DNA from: Eledone cirrhosa
Taxonomy: Eukaryota
Assembly (NCBI GenBank): GCA_964016885.1
Contig: OZ024764.1
Location: 27,900,001-27,964,000, forward strand
DNA length: 64,000 nt
Reading direction: 5' to 3'
Position 1 is the stretch's first letter; every line of letters starts with the position of its first letter. Position numbers and translations under genes: made by a program. Shown piece after piece: positions 35,899 through 50,300 of the stretch. The notes under the pieces were generated by a model. The model worked only from the letters and a program-made list of their open reading frames with translations. It was not told the DNA's origin and made no database searches.

Positions 35899-36470
35899 AA
35901 ATTAATCCTAGCAAACCCCCACCACTCCTACAACTGTTAGCTGTTAGCCCACCCCCAGCACCACCCAACCTCCGTTCTAGTCCCACCGTTAGAACCAATG
36001 CTGCTTACCCTGCCTCTTTTACTAGTTCACTCCGTCGCTCGAATTTCAAAGCTGGCCCTCTACACTTGGTCGTTGCCAGCTCACCACCTGGTTGTGCTCT
36101 CTGTGTCCGCACTAGCCGGTACCTAAACACAATAAAATGTCACCTGTGCTACCAAAACTACCACAGGAACTCTGTCGGCATCAGCAAGGCTCAAGCCGAA
36201 AGGCTTCAATACTAGACCTGTAATCAGGGCCACTTTACCTCCGACGACCAGCTTTCTACCAAGTGTGTGTTGATGGAGGGGACATGAGACCAGCAAAGTC
36301 CTAGGAGTAGAGACTAGTAAATAATAAACGGTCCTAGCTATGTTAAGAATATATATAAGAAAAATGTTCTATACATTTAAGAAGACAAGAGAAATAAATA
36401 TTTACCTCTTTCATGTAGGTAATATAGCGGTGTTATAAAAGTATAATAACTGATGCAGGTAGTTTGTTTC

Positions 36471-36632
36471 AAACTATAACACATATAACTCTATCAGTGA
36501 AGCCCTTTAGTATAGGTCAACTGGGAAACTATAACACATATAACCCTATCAGTGAAGTCCTTTAGTATAGGTCAACTGGGAAATTATAACACATATAACC
36601 CTATCAGTGAAGTCCTTTAGTATAGGTCAACT
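36471..36632 (+). repeat. 55-bp minisatellite, 3 units (paralog of 21262-21739)
   Basis: Same unit, fewer copies. Confidence 0.93.
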
Positions 36633-36784
36633 AACAGAAGTATTACGGGTATGGAAAAAATTCTAAATAAGCCTACAACAGTCATTGCGGGCCACTCTGA
36701 CTGGTCAGGTGGGCTCGATTGTGGCCCGCGGGCCGCCTGTTGCACGCCCCTCCTTTAGACAGAATATCTATCACTGTTAAGTAA

Positions 36785-36994
36785 TACTGTGATCTGTCGG
36801 CTAACTACATTTTCCAGCCTGTGGCGTTTGGGGGAGTCGGGATACTGACTGCGAGATTCCTATCTTCACTGGCGGCTAGCCTGACGAAGGTGACTGGTGA
36901 AGCTCGTGAGGGCACTTGGTTGTTCCAGCTCCTCAGCCTCGCCATCGCCCGAGGTAACGCTGCAGACGTGCTGGCTTGCCTAAAAAATCATTAG
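36785..36994 (+). pseudogene. CRE-type endonuclease C-terminus (family C), copy 2
   Basis: YCDLSANYIFQPVAFGGVG...WLFQLLSLAIARGNAADVLACLKNH*. Confidence 0.8.
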
Positions 36995-38658
36995 AGAGGT
37001 TTCCCAGTGCTCCTCGCGATACTGTTATCTTTTGCTCTAGTAGCAGCTCGTTTGTCCACCCCTTTCGCCTGCCTTTGGTTGTATGTCGTCCTAGATGTGT
37101 GTATTACCTGCTTGTGTGTTGTATGTGGTCCTAGATGTGTGTATTACCTGCTTATGTGGTCCTAGATGTATGTATTACCTGCTGGTGTGTTGTATGTGGT
37201 CCCAGATGTGTGGATTACCTGTTTTTTTGTTGTATGTGGTCCCAAATGTGTGTGCTACCCGCTTCTGTGATTTGTTGTTTCTTCTTTCTCTCTTCCGAGA
37301 AACAATCCTGTATTTTTTTAATCTATTCCATGCGTTAAGTAATTAGCAGCAACAACAAACTGATTTTCAGTTGTAAAAAGAATCTTTAAACCTTCACCAT
37401 TTACATTAACACATACCATACGTTGTCCCAGCCACAAATAAACAGTAAAAAAAACTTACTTTGCGGTTAAATTCTTCACAATTAAAAGAAAAATATTTCT
37501 AACACGTTTCTAGACAACACCAAGTTTACACCTTCAATATCCGGTAAAAGTAAAAACAAATTCTGGAGACATTTAACGAAACGAAACTATGTAAAGAAAA
37601 ACGAAAATTAAACGAAGACAAATAGTAAATTTTAATTTTTATTAAATAAAATACCAGTAATTCACTGCAGTAGATTTAATCAACTTTACTCTCTCTGCAC
37701 GAAAGAAGAAAAAAATTCCTGACTTAGTGCTTAATATATAGAGAGGGGGAGAGTTTGGTGTTACTTCATATAGAGAGGGGTATTGGAAGAGAGTGCCGTG
37801 TAGTAGATATAGAGAGGGAGAGAGTGTGTGCTAATTGATATAAAGAGGGGGATTTGCACCCCCCCCCCCCCGCCTAGAAAAATTCTGAAATGCTTCGACC
37901 TCCCTGTACATATATATATATATATATAGTATACACACACAGACATATATATAGTAAATAAATGTGTGTGTGTATCAGTGGTCCCCAAACTTTTCTGTTC
38001 CACACCCCTCCTCTAAAATATGTTTATGTTCCCCTTTAATATAAAAACAATCCGAGTATTCTGAAAGTATTATTACTGTAATATAAAGTAGAAACCCTTT
38101 ATTTAAACAAAGCTACGATGCAGCGATGATCAAAACAAACTTCTCGTAGGTGCTGCCAAGCGGGGAAAAGTGGATGTATAATGATGATGATATATATATA
38201 TATGCCCCACCCTTGCAAACAGGGAAAAGCAGACGTAAAATGAAAATGATGATATATATATAGATAGATAGATATGTATATATATATATTTATACTTATA
38301 CGTCATGGTGGCTACAGGTGCCAAGAGGAAGAAGCCGGTCAAATCCTCTGATATTTGTTTATCTTCCTTTCCTTTGTATATATATATATAGTATGTGTGT
38401 GTGTATGAAGATGTATGACCCCTAGCAAGCCAAACTACAGTTACTCCCCAACATGGAGAGCAAATTAAAACATTACCTGTTAGAGACGAACGTGAAATGA
38501 TTTGTTAGTGAACTACCGGTGTCACAGTAATTATGTTACCGGTGTAACTATTTCTGTTTACCTTATTTTTAAATGACACTCCTATATTAGTTTAGTGACC
38601 TTTCAATTCAAATAAATTCTTGATGATGATTGAACTCGCATCGGAGTAGCCCAACGCC

Positions 38659-38970
38659 TTGGCCTCCGCGTGTGTGAGCCACATAAATGCTCTCAACGAC
38701 ATAGTGAGAAGAAGCCTGGACGCAGCTGAATTTCCATCTCAACTGGAGTCAGCAGGCTTAGGCCGCGGAGATGGCAAGCACCCCGAGGGAATCACCCTCT
38801 TCCCATTCGAAGGAGGTAGATCCACAAACCGTCTCGCAGATGAACATAAAATAAACAAATTCCGGTGTTTGTCCTGGAGCCTCTTCTAAGCACCAGCCGC
38901 CGTCGAGACCCCGGGCCAACTTGGACCCATTACAGCCGAGCTCCTCCGCAACATCGCAGTGTCTGTGGCC
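38659..38970 (+). pseudogene. CRE-type endonuclease relic (family B), copy 3, with a 15-bp deletion
   Basis: STN-RLADEH versus STNPSIAARLADEH in the other copies. Confidence 0.8.
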
Positions 38971-39145
38971 CGTCTGAGGATGGAGTCCCACGAGGTTGGA
39001 TGCCTGTTGCAGCAGGTGTTACTGTCCTTACATATATATACGTAAATGTTCCCTTGACTGCTATTTCTAGCATATATTAATAGACACTTTAGAAACAGCA
39101 GCTAAAAATCAAGAAACAACAGTGTGTGTCTGTATATATATACAC

Positions 39146-39216
<71 letters not shown>

Positions 39217-39299
39217 AGCCAAAGACACGCACACACGAACATACACATACACACAGGTGTATGTCTGCGTGTATGTATATATATGTGTGTGTCTTTTCG

Positions 39300-39363
<64 letters not shown>

Positions 39364-39612
39364 GTCAGTGATCCCCCTCGCAACCTTTAATTAAACAAAC
39401 CTGCGATGAGGCGATGATCAAAATAAACACCAAAGTATAAACAAACAGCCCATAGGTGCTGCCGGATACACGATAACATGTGTAGACGAAGTAAAACTTT
39501 TATTACTGTAATATAAAGTAGAAACCCTTTATTTAAACAAAGCTGCGATGCAGCGATGATCAAAACAAACTTCAAATAACATGTGTATACGAAGTGTATC
39601 TGGAAGCTTGGT

Positions 39613-40556
39613 CGTATTATATGACTTTCAAATTGACCCCTATTATATTCAAATTATCCCCTGTGGGGCGTGCACCCCACGTTGAGAATCCCTCATAAAT
39701 AAATATATGTGAGTGTGTTGCTATGACTGCTATTTCTAGCAGGTTTACTGCAGTCCTGTAGACGCACAACAAAAACCGGAAGTGGCAGCCATTAAAAAAC
39801 TTTGGCTTAAAATCAGGCAAAAGTTTTTTAACAATTTGCCAAGAAAGATAACTCTTGTCTTACTTAATCGCAAAAATCGAGGCAAAAATTTTGTGGGTGT
39901 ACAGTTTGTTTGGTGTATTTGACTGCTATTTCTAGCATGTATGGACACTTTAGAAATAGCAGCGAAAAACGGAAAACAGCAGAAAGAAGGACACACACCT
40001 ATATATATATATATACCAGCTATACACTCACCCATACATATATATATATATACCAGCTATACACACACCCATATCTACGTATAGGTGTGTGTGCGCGCGT
40101 GTATGTATATATAAATATATATATTTAAATGTATATATCTGTGCATATATATATGTATATATATATACGTGTGTGTCCTTCTTTCTTATGTTTCCCGTGT
40201 TTCGCTGCTATTTCTAAAGTGTCCATATATGCTAGAAATAGCAGTCAAATACACCAAACAAACTGCACACCCGCAAAATTTTTTGCCTCGATTTTTGCGA
40301 TTAAGTAAGACAAGAGTTATCTTTCTTGGCAAATTGTTAAAAAACTTTTGCCTGATTTTAAGCCAAAGTTTTTTAATGGCTTCCACTTCCGGTTTTTGTT
40401 GTGCGTCTACAGGACTGCAGTAAACCTGCTAGAAATAGCAGTCATAGCAACACACTCACATATATTTATTTATGAGGGATTCTCAACGTGGGGTGCACGC
40501 CCCACAGGGGATAATTTGAATATAATAGGGGTCAATTTGAAAGTCATATAATACGA
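39613..40556. repeat. Inverted repeat, arms ~39613-39970 and ~40200-40556, spacer ~230 bp
   Basis: Mirror ORFs 39617-39820(-) / 40348-40551(+). Confidence 0.92.
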
Positions 40557-42755
40557 CCCAACTCCCTGTTACACTTCGTATACACATGTTATCGTGTATC
40601 TGGCAGCACCTGCGAGAAGTTTGTTTACATTTTGGGGTTTGCTTTGATGATCGCTGCATCTCAGCTTTGTTTAAATAAAGGGTTTCTACTTTATATTACA
40701 GTAATAACACTTTTACAAGACTCGGATTGTTTTTATATTAAAGGGGGACATGTTTTTTAAACTCTGAACTCAGCATCTTTCTGTTGTTCTCCGGGATTCT
40801 AGCAAAGTATAAAAAAAAATATATATATATAGATATATATATATATATCTGGCAGTCAACCTCAGACTCGAAAAAGCCGCCGCTAATCGTGATCGTTGGG
40901 GTTATAATTCGACTAAAGTGCTTCCACTGGGCACCATTAGCTGGTTGTGATCATTGGAGAATTCTTTCTGCGCTGAAAGAGCCTAGGACTAAAAGATATA
41001 TATATAGATGTCGAAACGGCAGTAGCACAGCCGTTGGGGTCCTGAATATTTTCACATGTATATATGTGTGTGTATTCTGCGACATTTATAATTACATAAG
41101 CAAGCATATTTGAATAACAAAATTTGAGGTTTAAATACTTTATTTTTTACCAATAACATAGAGAAAGGCATGAACAACACCACATGTTAATTACTTTAAT
41201 ATTGAAAGTAGGCTTATAAATATTAAAAAAGCAGATTTTTGTATCTTTCATGGTGGTCTGGTGGGTGATACCAGAGATGGTGGTAGTCATGGTTTACATA
41301 TAAGGTCTCATTTTTCTTTCTTTCAGTTTTCTTCTTATCTCTAGATATAAATATATATACATAAGGTAATTTGGTAGAATTGTTAGAACATCAGATAGAA
41401 TTCTTTGCAGTATTTTTCCAGTTCTTTACTCTGAGTTCAACTTTACCTTTCTTCCATTCGGTGTCGATAAGTCTTGAATATGTCTAACGTAGCAATAACT
41501 GGAGCTACTTAACCAAGTTTTCCCAACCTAGTCGATGTCACCTACTGGTTGGCGATTTAAACTGTTGGCTGGGACAATGACCAACTAATCAGTCAGATTC
41601 CAACTCACTATGTCTGGCATATATTTTATATTTTATATTTGAATGAAGTTCTGTAAGTAACCTGGTGGCTTAGATGGCAATACTGCTCGAATAGATGGCT
41701 TCTATTATGCAGTTATAAGTTCATTCCCTATCCAGGATTGTAGAATTAATTTTATTTAGTTATTATTTAATCAATTGTTTTAACAAACAAATTATATCTA
41801 TAAAACGCCAAATATAGTGAGTTCAAATCTGACTGACATGCATGGTATATATTTATGTTTCATTATACAGCGACACAATACACAGGAACTTATAAAGATA
41901 TGTATATATTGTCCAGGAGTTTCGAGTTTAGTGGGAATTGGTACAACTCTCAATTGGAGCTAGTCCCTGCAAGATCAGCATAAATAATGTTATACCTTTT
42001 CATGAAATCTTGCACACCCGATATTTTATACATGATTATTTAAAGGTGAACAAAAACCAAAGAACATTGTGCAGCATTTCTCAACCTTTCTACCCATGTC
42101 GATCTCTTGAAATAGTTTTTATGTCTCAGGGAAGCCCTGCATAAAATATACTTTTTCTATCTCTAGAGCAGTGGTTCCCAAATCGTGTGCTGCGAGATGA
42201 AACAAGATGAGCTGCAAAAGACTAAGATTAAGTTTTAAGATGTGAAAAATATAAAACTGAAATTTCATATAAAAGTTCAAATATAGCTACAGCCACAACC
42301 TAGGCTCCACACCCCGCAATGCAAAGGATAGTAAGATAGTACCAAGGCCTGACTCACCTCTTCCACTCCATTGAGACCTCTGCCATACTTGGTCCCTGTA
42401 CTGCTGATTTCCTCCATAAAGTCGGGAGGAAAGACAACAGGAGCCTCATGAGGAGGGGCGACTATTGTAGCAGGTGTCTCTGGCCTTGCTCCGAGGTAAC
42501 GCTTTTACGTTTCTTCCACAGGTTGCGGCTGAGGGACCACTTAGACTGGGGTGAAGTGTCTGTCCCTCCCCCGACTTCTTACTTCTTTTTTTTTCTCATT
42601 TTCATTTTCTTTTCTCTTCTTGCTTATCTCTGCTATACCACGGCATCAAAAACATATATAATATGTGTATGTATGGTATAGGTGTATTTATATTTAGGAT
42701 AGTTATCAAAGGTAAATAGACTGGTTGGAGCAATAACTGTCTTGTTTATGTATAT

Positions 42756-42764
<9 letters not shown>

Positions 42765-42835
<71 letters not shown>
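42765..42835. repeat. (AT)n microsatellite, much longer than at the paralogous sites
   Basis: Directly visible. Confidence 0.95.
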
Positions 42836-42838
<3 letters not shown>

Positions 42839-42939
42839 TGTTCTTGTATTTCCATAGAAAAGGTAAAGAAAAGAAGAATGCTATATATATTGTACAGAGC
42901 TATTTAATTACATAATAAACAACAGAATATAATTATTCC

Positions 42940-43193
42940 ATGCAAATAGACTTAGACTGGAAAACATTCAGACAGAGAAGAATGGATAATGAGCGTCGTA
43001 AGAGAAATTGGCCAACAATTAATATTAATGGAAATGTAGAAGGACTTCATATTAGTGATATGAATGTTTCGTGTGATCACTGTGGAGCTTTGAAATTTAG
43101 AAATGAAAATTGTAACTGTTGTAATAAAGGAAAGGTTATGTTGCCACCATTGCAAATATACCCTGAGAGACTGAGAAATCTCTTTGAAAGAGA
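42940..43193 (+). mobile_element. Helitron copy H5, N-terminal part truncated by the same fold-back hairpin as H3
   Basis: ORF 42940-43230 matches 28313-28603. Confidence 0.88.
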
Positions 43194-43212
43194 TTTCTCA
43201 GTCTCTCAGGGT

Positions 43213-43746
43213 ATATATTCCCGCCGGTGAAATAAAAATTTTAATAGAAAAACGGCGGGAATATATGTTACAACCCAACCTACATATTTTTGGGCTGTAA
43301 CATATATTCCCGCCGTTGAAATAAATATTTTAATAGAAAAACGGCGGGAATATATGTTACAACCCAATCTATATATATTTGAGTTGTAACATATATTCCC
43401 GCCGTTGAAATAAAAATTTTAATAGAAAAACGGCGGGAATATATGTTACAACGCAATCTATATATATTTGGGTTGTAACATATATTCCCGCCGTTGAAAT
43501 AAAAATTTTAATAGAAAAACGGCGGGAATATATGTTACAACCCAACCTACATATGTTTGGGTTGTAATATATATTCCCGCCGTTTTTCTATTAAAATTTT
43601 TATTTCGACGGCGGGAATATATGTTACAACCCAAATATATATAGATTGCGTTGTAACATATATTCCCGCCGTTTTTCTATTAAAATTTTTATTTCACCGG
43701 CGGGAATATGTTACAACCCAAATATATATATATTGAGTTGTAACAT
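43213..43746. repeat. 89-bp palindromic satellite, 4 units forward then 2 inverted
   Basis: Paralog of 28586-29297 with fewer units. Confidence 0.95.
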
Positions 43747-45331
43747 GGGTTACATATAAGGTCTCATTTTTTTTCTTTTCTTTCTTTCAGTTTTCTTCTT
43801 ATCTCTAGATATAAATATATATACATGAGGTAACTTGGTAGAATTGTTAGAACATCAGATAGAATTCTTTGCAGTATTTTTCCAGTTCTTTACTCTGAGT
43901 TCAACTTTACCTTTCTTCCATTCAGTGTCGATAAGTCTTGAATATGTCTAACGTAGCAATAACTGGAGCTACTTAACCAAGTTTTCCCAACCTAGTCGAT
44001 GTCACCTACTGGTTGGCGATTTAAACTGTTGGCTGGGACAATGACCAACTAATCAGTCAGATTCGAACTCACTATGTCTGGCATATATTTTATATTTTAT
44101 ATTTGAATGAAGTTCTGTAAGTAACCTGGTGGCTTAGATGGCAATACTGCTCGAATAGATGGCTTCTATTATGCAGTTATAAGTTCATTCCCTATCCAGG
44201 ATTGTAGAATTAATTTTATTTAGTTATTATTTAATCAATTGTTTTAACAAACAAATTATATCTATAAAACGCCAAATATAGTGAGTTCAAATCTGACTGA
44301 CATGCATGGTATATATTTATGTTTCATTATACAGCGACACAATACACAGGAACTTATAAAGATATGTATATATTGTCCAGGAGTTTCGAGTTTAGTGGGA
44401 ATTGGTACAACTCTCAATTGGAGCTAGTCCCTGCAAGATCAGCATAAATAATGTTATACCTTTTCATGAAATCTTGCACACCCGATATTTTATACATGAT
44501 TATTTAAAGGTGAACAAAAACCAAAGAACATTGTGCAGCATTTCTCAACCTTTCTACCCATGTCGATCTCTTGAAATAGTTTTTATGTCTCAGGGAAGCC
44601 CTGCATAAAATATACTTTTTCTATCTCTAGAGCAGTGGTTCCCGAATCGTGTGCTGCGAGATGAAACAAGATGAGCTGCAAAAGACTAAGATTAAGTTTT
44701 ATGATGTGAAAAATGTAAAGCTGAAATTTCATATAAAAGTTCAAATATAGCTACAGCCACAAACCTAGGCTCCACACCCCGCAATGCAGAGGATAGTAAG
44801 ATAGTACCAAGGCCTGACTCACCTCTTCCACTCCATTGAGACCTCTGCCATACTTGGTCCCTGTACTGCTGATTTCCTCCATAAAGTCGGGAGGAAAGAT
44901 GACAGGAGCCTCATGAGGAGGGGCGACTATTGTAGCAGGTGTCTCTGGCCTTGCTCCGAGGTAACGCTTTTACGTTTCTTCCACAGGTTGCGGCTGAGGG
45001 ACCACTTAGACTGGGGTGAAGTGTCTGTCCCTCCCCCGACTTCTTACTTCTTTTTTTTTCTCCTTTTCATTTTCTTTTCTCTTCTTGCTTATCTCTGCTA
45101 TACCACGGCATCAAAAACATATATGATATATGTATGTATGGTATAGGTGTATTTATATTTAGGATAGTTATCAAAGGTAAATAGACTGGTTGGAGCAATA
45201 ACAGTCTTGTTTATGTATATACATATATATATATATTTATATGTTTGTTCTTGTATTTCCATAGAAAAGGTAAAGAAAAGAAGAGTGCTCTATGTATTGT
45301 ACAGAGCTATTTAATTACATAATAAACAACA

Positions 45332-46076
45332 GAATGGAAAACATTCAGACAGAGAAGAATGGATAATGAGCGTTGTAAGAGAAATTGGCCAACAATTAAT
45401 ATTAATGGAAATGTAGAAGAATTTCATATTAGTGATATGAATGTTTCGTGTGATCACTGTGGAGCTTTGAAATTTAGAAATGAAAATTGTAACTGTTGTA
45501 ATAAAGGAAAGGTTGTGTTGCCACCATTGCAAATATACCCTGAGAGACTGAGAAATCTCTTTGAAAGAGGCCAGGAAGCAGTTGATTTCACAGAAACATC
45601 TGCAATTAAAACTACATTTATTTCACTTCATTTGGTGTTACCACCCGGCAGAGGCCCGTATAGCTTTCATATTCAGGGTCAAACATATCACTACACCCCC
45701 ATCTCTGTAACCTGCAGAAAATACACCACAATATGGCCAGTTATATATTATTGATGGGAACGAAGGTATGTAGCACAGATTGGAAGTACGTCCAAATAAT
45801 TGTTTCTAGCACAAGGCCAGCAATTACTGGTACTTTATTCTATCGACCTAATAAGGATGAAAACAAAGTCAACCTTGGAGGGATTTGAACCCAGAACGTA
45901 AAGGGACATAACCCTATGCTGTAAAGCATGGTGTCTGGCGCTCTACCGATACTGCCAATCCACTGCCCTAGTACCAACAAATAATGACTGCTCACCACAA
46001 AAAATGGCTATGATAAGAGAAGTGTTGCATGAATGTAATTCATATGTCGAAGTGTACAATACAATGCATGGCATCA
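45332..46076 (+). mobile_element. Helitron copy H6, left part, interrupted at the same TCA site as H4; right part not in window
   Basis: ...ATGCATGGCATCA|CAAATGAATATAT at 46076/46077, the same junction as 31664/31665. Confidence 0.9.
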
Positions 46077-46080
46077 CAAA

Positions 46081-46112
<32 letters not shown>

Positions 46113-46999
46113 CTACTAAAGAGTATGTAAAATTTTAAAATAAATACTTAAATTCAATTTGTATAATTACACATACAATATGTTTTGTTGTAAAACCCTA
46201 AATAATGATTTAAGAAATGATGTCAATCTCTTTGTACAGAGAAAAACAATTTATATATATGCATTGTGTGCGCGTGTATACTCCATTTAAGACAGTGAAA
46301 AACCTAGTACCTCCTTCAAAGAATGCCAAATAGTTTATGCCTAAGGTGTAACACTAATTAAGTTACCGGTGTAGATATTTCAGTTGAACCCTGCTTCAAA
46401 CATGCATATTATTATTATATATTTTCAAACACACTTACATACATTATATTTATACACATAGAAATAATAAGTTAAAACTAAAGTATAATGATATAACAAC
46501 AGTATATAATAGTTTTCTTCACTTTATTGAAATGCAATCGTTTTAAAGAAAAAACATGACAGTATAAGAAATATTTAATATGATAACATAATATTTCAGG
46601 TAGGATGGTGGTTTCTCTATGATGGTGGTTTCTCTTTGAACTAATAATTGTTTCTATTTTAGGCACAAGGTCAGTAATTAACCAGTACATTACTGGTACT
46701 TTATTTTATCGACCCCGTAAGGATGAAAGGCAAAGTTGACCTCGGATCGTAAAGGGACGTAACTATGCTGGAAAGCATGGCGTCAGACCCTCTACCGATA
46801 CTGCCAATTCACCATACAGTATAATTATACAAATATGCATATAGATAGCAATATATATACACTAATATGTATGTACATATTTACACATATGTACATATAT
46901 ATAGGGAGAGAGAGAGACACATGTATGTATATATATATACACATGCGTGTATGCATGTGTGTTTATGTACATTCTTCGGTATATATATCGGTATACACA

Positions 47000-47285
47000 T
47001 TGGAGACACAGAGAGAGAGAGTTGAAACGAGAGGTGAGAGAGTTGAAACAAGAGAGGAGATGGTTGAAACACGAGGAGAGAGAGAGAGTTGAAACGAGAG
47101 GAGAGAGAGAGAGTTGAAACGAGGAGAGAGTTGAAACAAGAGGGTGAGGGGAGAGAGGAAGAGAGAGAGAGAGAGGAAGAGAGAGAGAGGGGATGAGAGA
47201 GAGGAATAGAGATAGAGGGGAAGAGAGAGAGGGGGAGAGAAGGGGATGAAACAACAGAGAGAGGGGAGAGAAAGAGAGAGGGGAT

Positions 47286-47332
<47 letters not shown>

Positions 47333-50300
47333 ATCTAAACAAGAGAGAGATGAAACAAGTGAGGGATTAGAGAGAGATGAAACAAGTGAGGGATTAGAGT
47401 GTTGAAACAAGAGAGAGAGAGCGAGATGAAATGAGAGAAAGAGAGTGAGATGAAATGAGAGAGTGGGAGCGAGATGAAACGAGACAGGGAGAGCGAGATG
47501 AAATGAGAGAGTTAGAGTGAGATGAAACGAGAGAGTGAGAGCGAGATGAAACGAGAGACAGAGAGAGCGAGATGACACGAGACAGAGAGCGAGATGAAAT
47601 GAGAGAGAGAGAGTGAGAGAGAGAGATGAAACGAGAGAGAGAGTGCGAGATGAAACGAGAGTGAGAGAGCGAGATGAAACGAGAGAGTGAGAGCGAGATG
47701 AAATGAGAGAGAGAGAGAACGAGATGAAATGAGAGAGAGAGAGAGCGAGATGAAATGAGACATAGAGAGATGAAACGAGAGAGAGATGAAACGAGAAAGA
47801 GAGGAAACGAGAGAGAGGAAACGTGAGTAGAGAGCGAGATGAAACAGGAGAGAGAGAGCGAGATGAAACGAGAGGGAGAGAGAGATGAAACGAGAGCGAG
47901 AGAGAGATAGAGGGAAATGAAACGTCAGAGAGAGAGACAGATGAAACGAGGGATATAGAGATGAAACGAGAGAGAGAGATGAAACGAGAGAGAGGAAGAG
48001 AGAGATAGAACGAGAGAGAGGAAGAGAGAGATGAAACGAGAGAGAAGAAGACAGAGGTGAAACGAGAGAGAGAGCGAGATGAAACGAGAGAGAGAGCGAG
48101 ATGAAACGAGAGAGAAGAAGAGAGAGAGCGAGAGATGAAACTCTGTCATGGACATATCTGACCCTGGGGCTAATAATTGTCATGTAATGTTATGGACATC
48201 TCTGCCCCTGTGGCTAATAATTCTGTCATGTAATGTTATGGACATCTCTGCCCCTGTGGCTAATAATTCTGTCATGTAATGTTATGGAAATCTCTGCCCC
48301 TGTGGCTAATAATTCTGACATGTAATGTTATGGAATCTCTGCCCCTGTGGCTAATAAATCTGTCATTTGATGTTACGGACATCTCTGCCCCTGTGGCTAA
48401 TAAATCTGTCATGTAATGTTATGGACATCTCTGCCCCTGTGGCTAATAATTCTGACATGTAATGTTATGGACATCTCTGCCCCTGTAGCTAATAATTCTG
48501 ACATGTAATGTTATGGACATCTCTGCCCCTGTGGCTAATAAATTCGTCATGTAATGTTATGGACATCTCTGCCCCTGTGGCTAATAAATCTGTCATGTAA
48601 TGTTATGGACATCTCTACCCCTGTGGCTAATAATTCTGACATGTAATGTTATGGACATCTCTGCCCCTGTGGCTAATAATTCTGACATGTAATGTTATGG
48701 ACATCTCTGCCCCTGTGGCTAATAATTCTGAGAGAGATGAAACAAGTGAGGGATTAGAGAGAGATGAAACAAGTGAGGGATTAGAGTGTTGAAGCAAGAG
48801 AGAGAGAGGAAGAGAGAGTGAGAGCGAAATCAAACGAGAGAGAGCGAGATGAAATGAGAGAGTGAGAGCGAGATGAAACGAGAGAGAGAGAGAGAGCGAG
48901 ATGAAATGAGAGAGAGAGAGAGCGAGATGAAATGAGAGAGAGAGAGCGAGATGAAACGAGACAGAGAGAGCGGGATGAAACGAGACAGAGAGAGCGAGAG
49001 CGAGATGAAACGAGACAGAGAGAGCGAGATGAAACGAGAGAGAGAGAGCGAGATGAAATGAGAGAGAGAGAGCGAGATGAAATGAGAGAGAGAGAGCGAG
49101 ATGAAACGAGAGAGTGAGAGCGAGATGGAACGAGACAGAGAGAGCGAGATGAAACGAGAGTGGGAGAGCTAGATGAAACGAGAGAGAGAGGAAATGAGAG
49201 AGACGAAACGAGAGAGAGGAAACGAGAGTAGAGAGCGAGATGAAACAGGAGAGAGAGAGCGAGATGAAACAGGAGCGAGAGAGCGAGATGAAACGAGAGG
49301 GAGAGAGAGATGAAACGAGAGAGCGAGAGAGAGATAGAGGGAGATGAAACGACAGAGAGAGAGACAGATGAAACGAGGGAGATAGAGATGAAACGAGAGA
49401 GAGAGATGAAACGAGAGAGAGGAAGAGAGAGATGGAACGAGAGAGAGGAAGAGAGAGATGGAACGAGAGAGAGGAAGACAGAGATGAAACGAGAGAGAGA
49501 GAGAGCAAGATGAAACGAGAGAGGGAGATGAAACGAGAGAGAGGAAGAGAGAGATGGAACGAGAGAGAGGAAGAGAGAGATGGAACGAGAGAGAGGAAGA
49601 CAGAGATGAAACGAGAGAGAGAGAGATCGAGATGAAACGAGAGAGAGGAAGAGAGAGAGCGCAAGATGAAACGAGAGAGAGATAGAGAGCGAGATGAAAC
49701 GAGAGAGAGGAAGAGAGAGAGCGCGAGATGAAACGAGAGAGAGGAAGAGAGAGAGAGCGCGAGATGAAATGACAGAGAGAGAGCGAGATGAAATGAGAGA
49801 TTGAGAGTGAGATGAAACGAGAGAGTGAGAGAGAGCGAGATGAAATGAGAGAGAGAGAGCGAGATGAAATGAGAGAGAGAGAGCGAGATGAAACGAGACA
49901 GAGAGAGCGGGATGAAACGAGACAGAGAGATCGAGATGAAATGAGAGAGAGAGAGCGAGATGAAATGAGAGAGAGAGAGCGAGATGAAACGAGAGAGTGA
50001 GAGCGAGATGGAACGAGTCAGAGAGAGCGAAATGAAACGAGAGAGTGAGAGCTAGATGAAACGAGAGAGAGAGGAAACGAGAGAGAGAGGAAACGAGAGA
50101 GAGGAAACGAGAGAGAGGAAACGAGAGTAGAGAGCAAGATGAAACAGGAGAGAGAGAGAGCGAGATGAAACCGGAGAGAGAGAGCGAGATGAAACGAGAG
50201 GGAGGGAGAGATGAAACGAGAGAGCGAGAGAGAGATAGAGGGAGATGAAACGAGAGAGTGATAGCTAGATGAAACGAGAGAGAGAGGAATAGAGAGATGG

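Larger units (their letters stand above)
34300..48700 (+). repeat. ~15-kb tandem segmental duplication, unit 2 (right end merges into the satellite array)
   Basis: Same colinear ORF pairs as unit 1. Confidence 0.9.
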
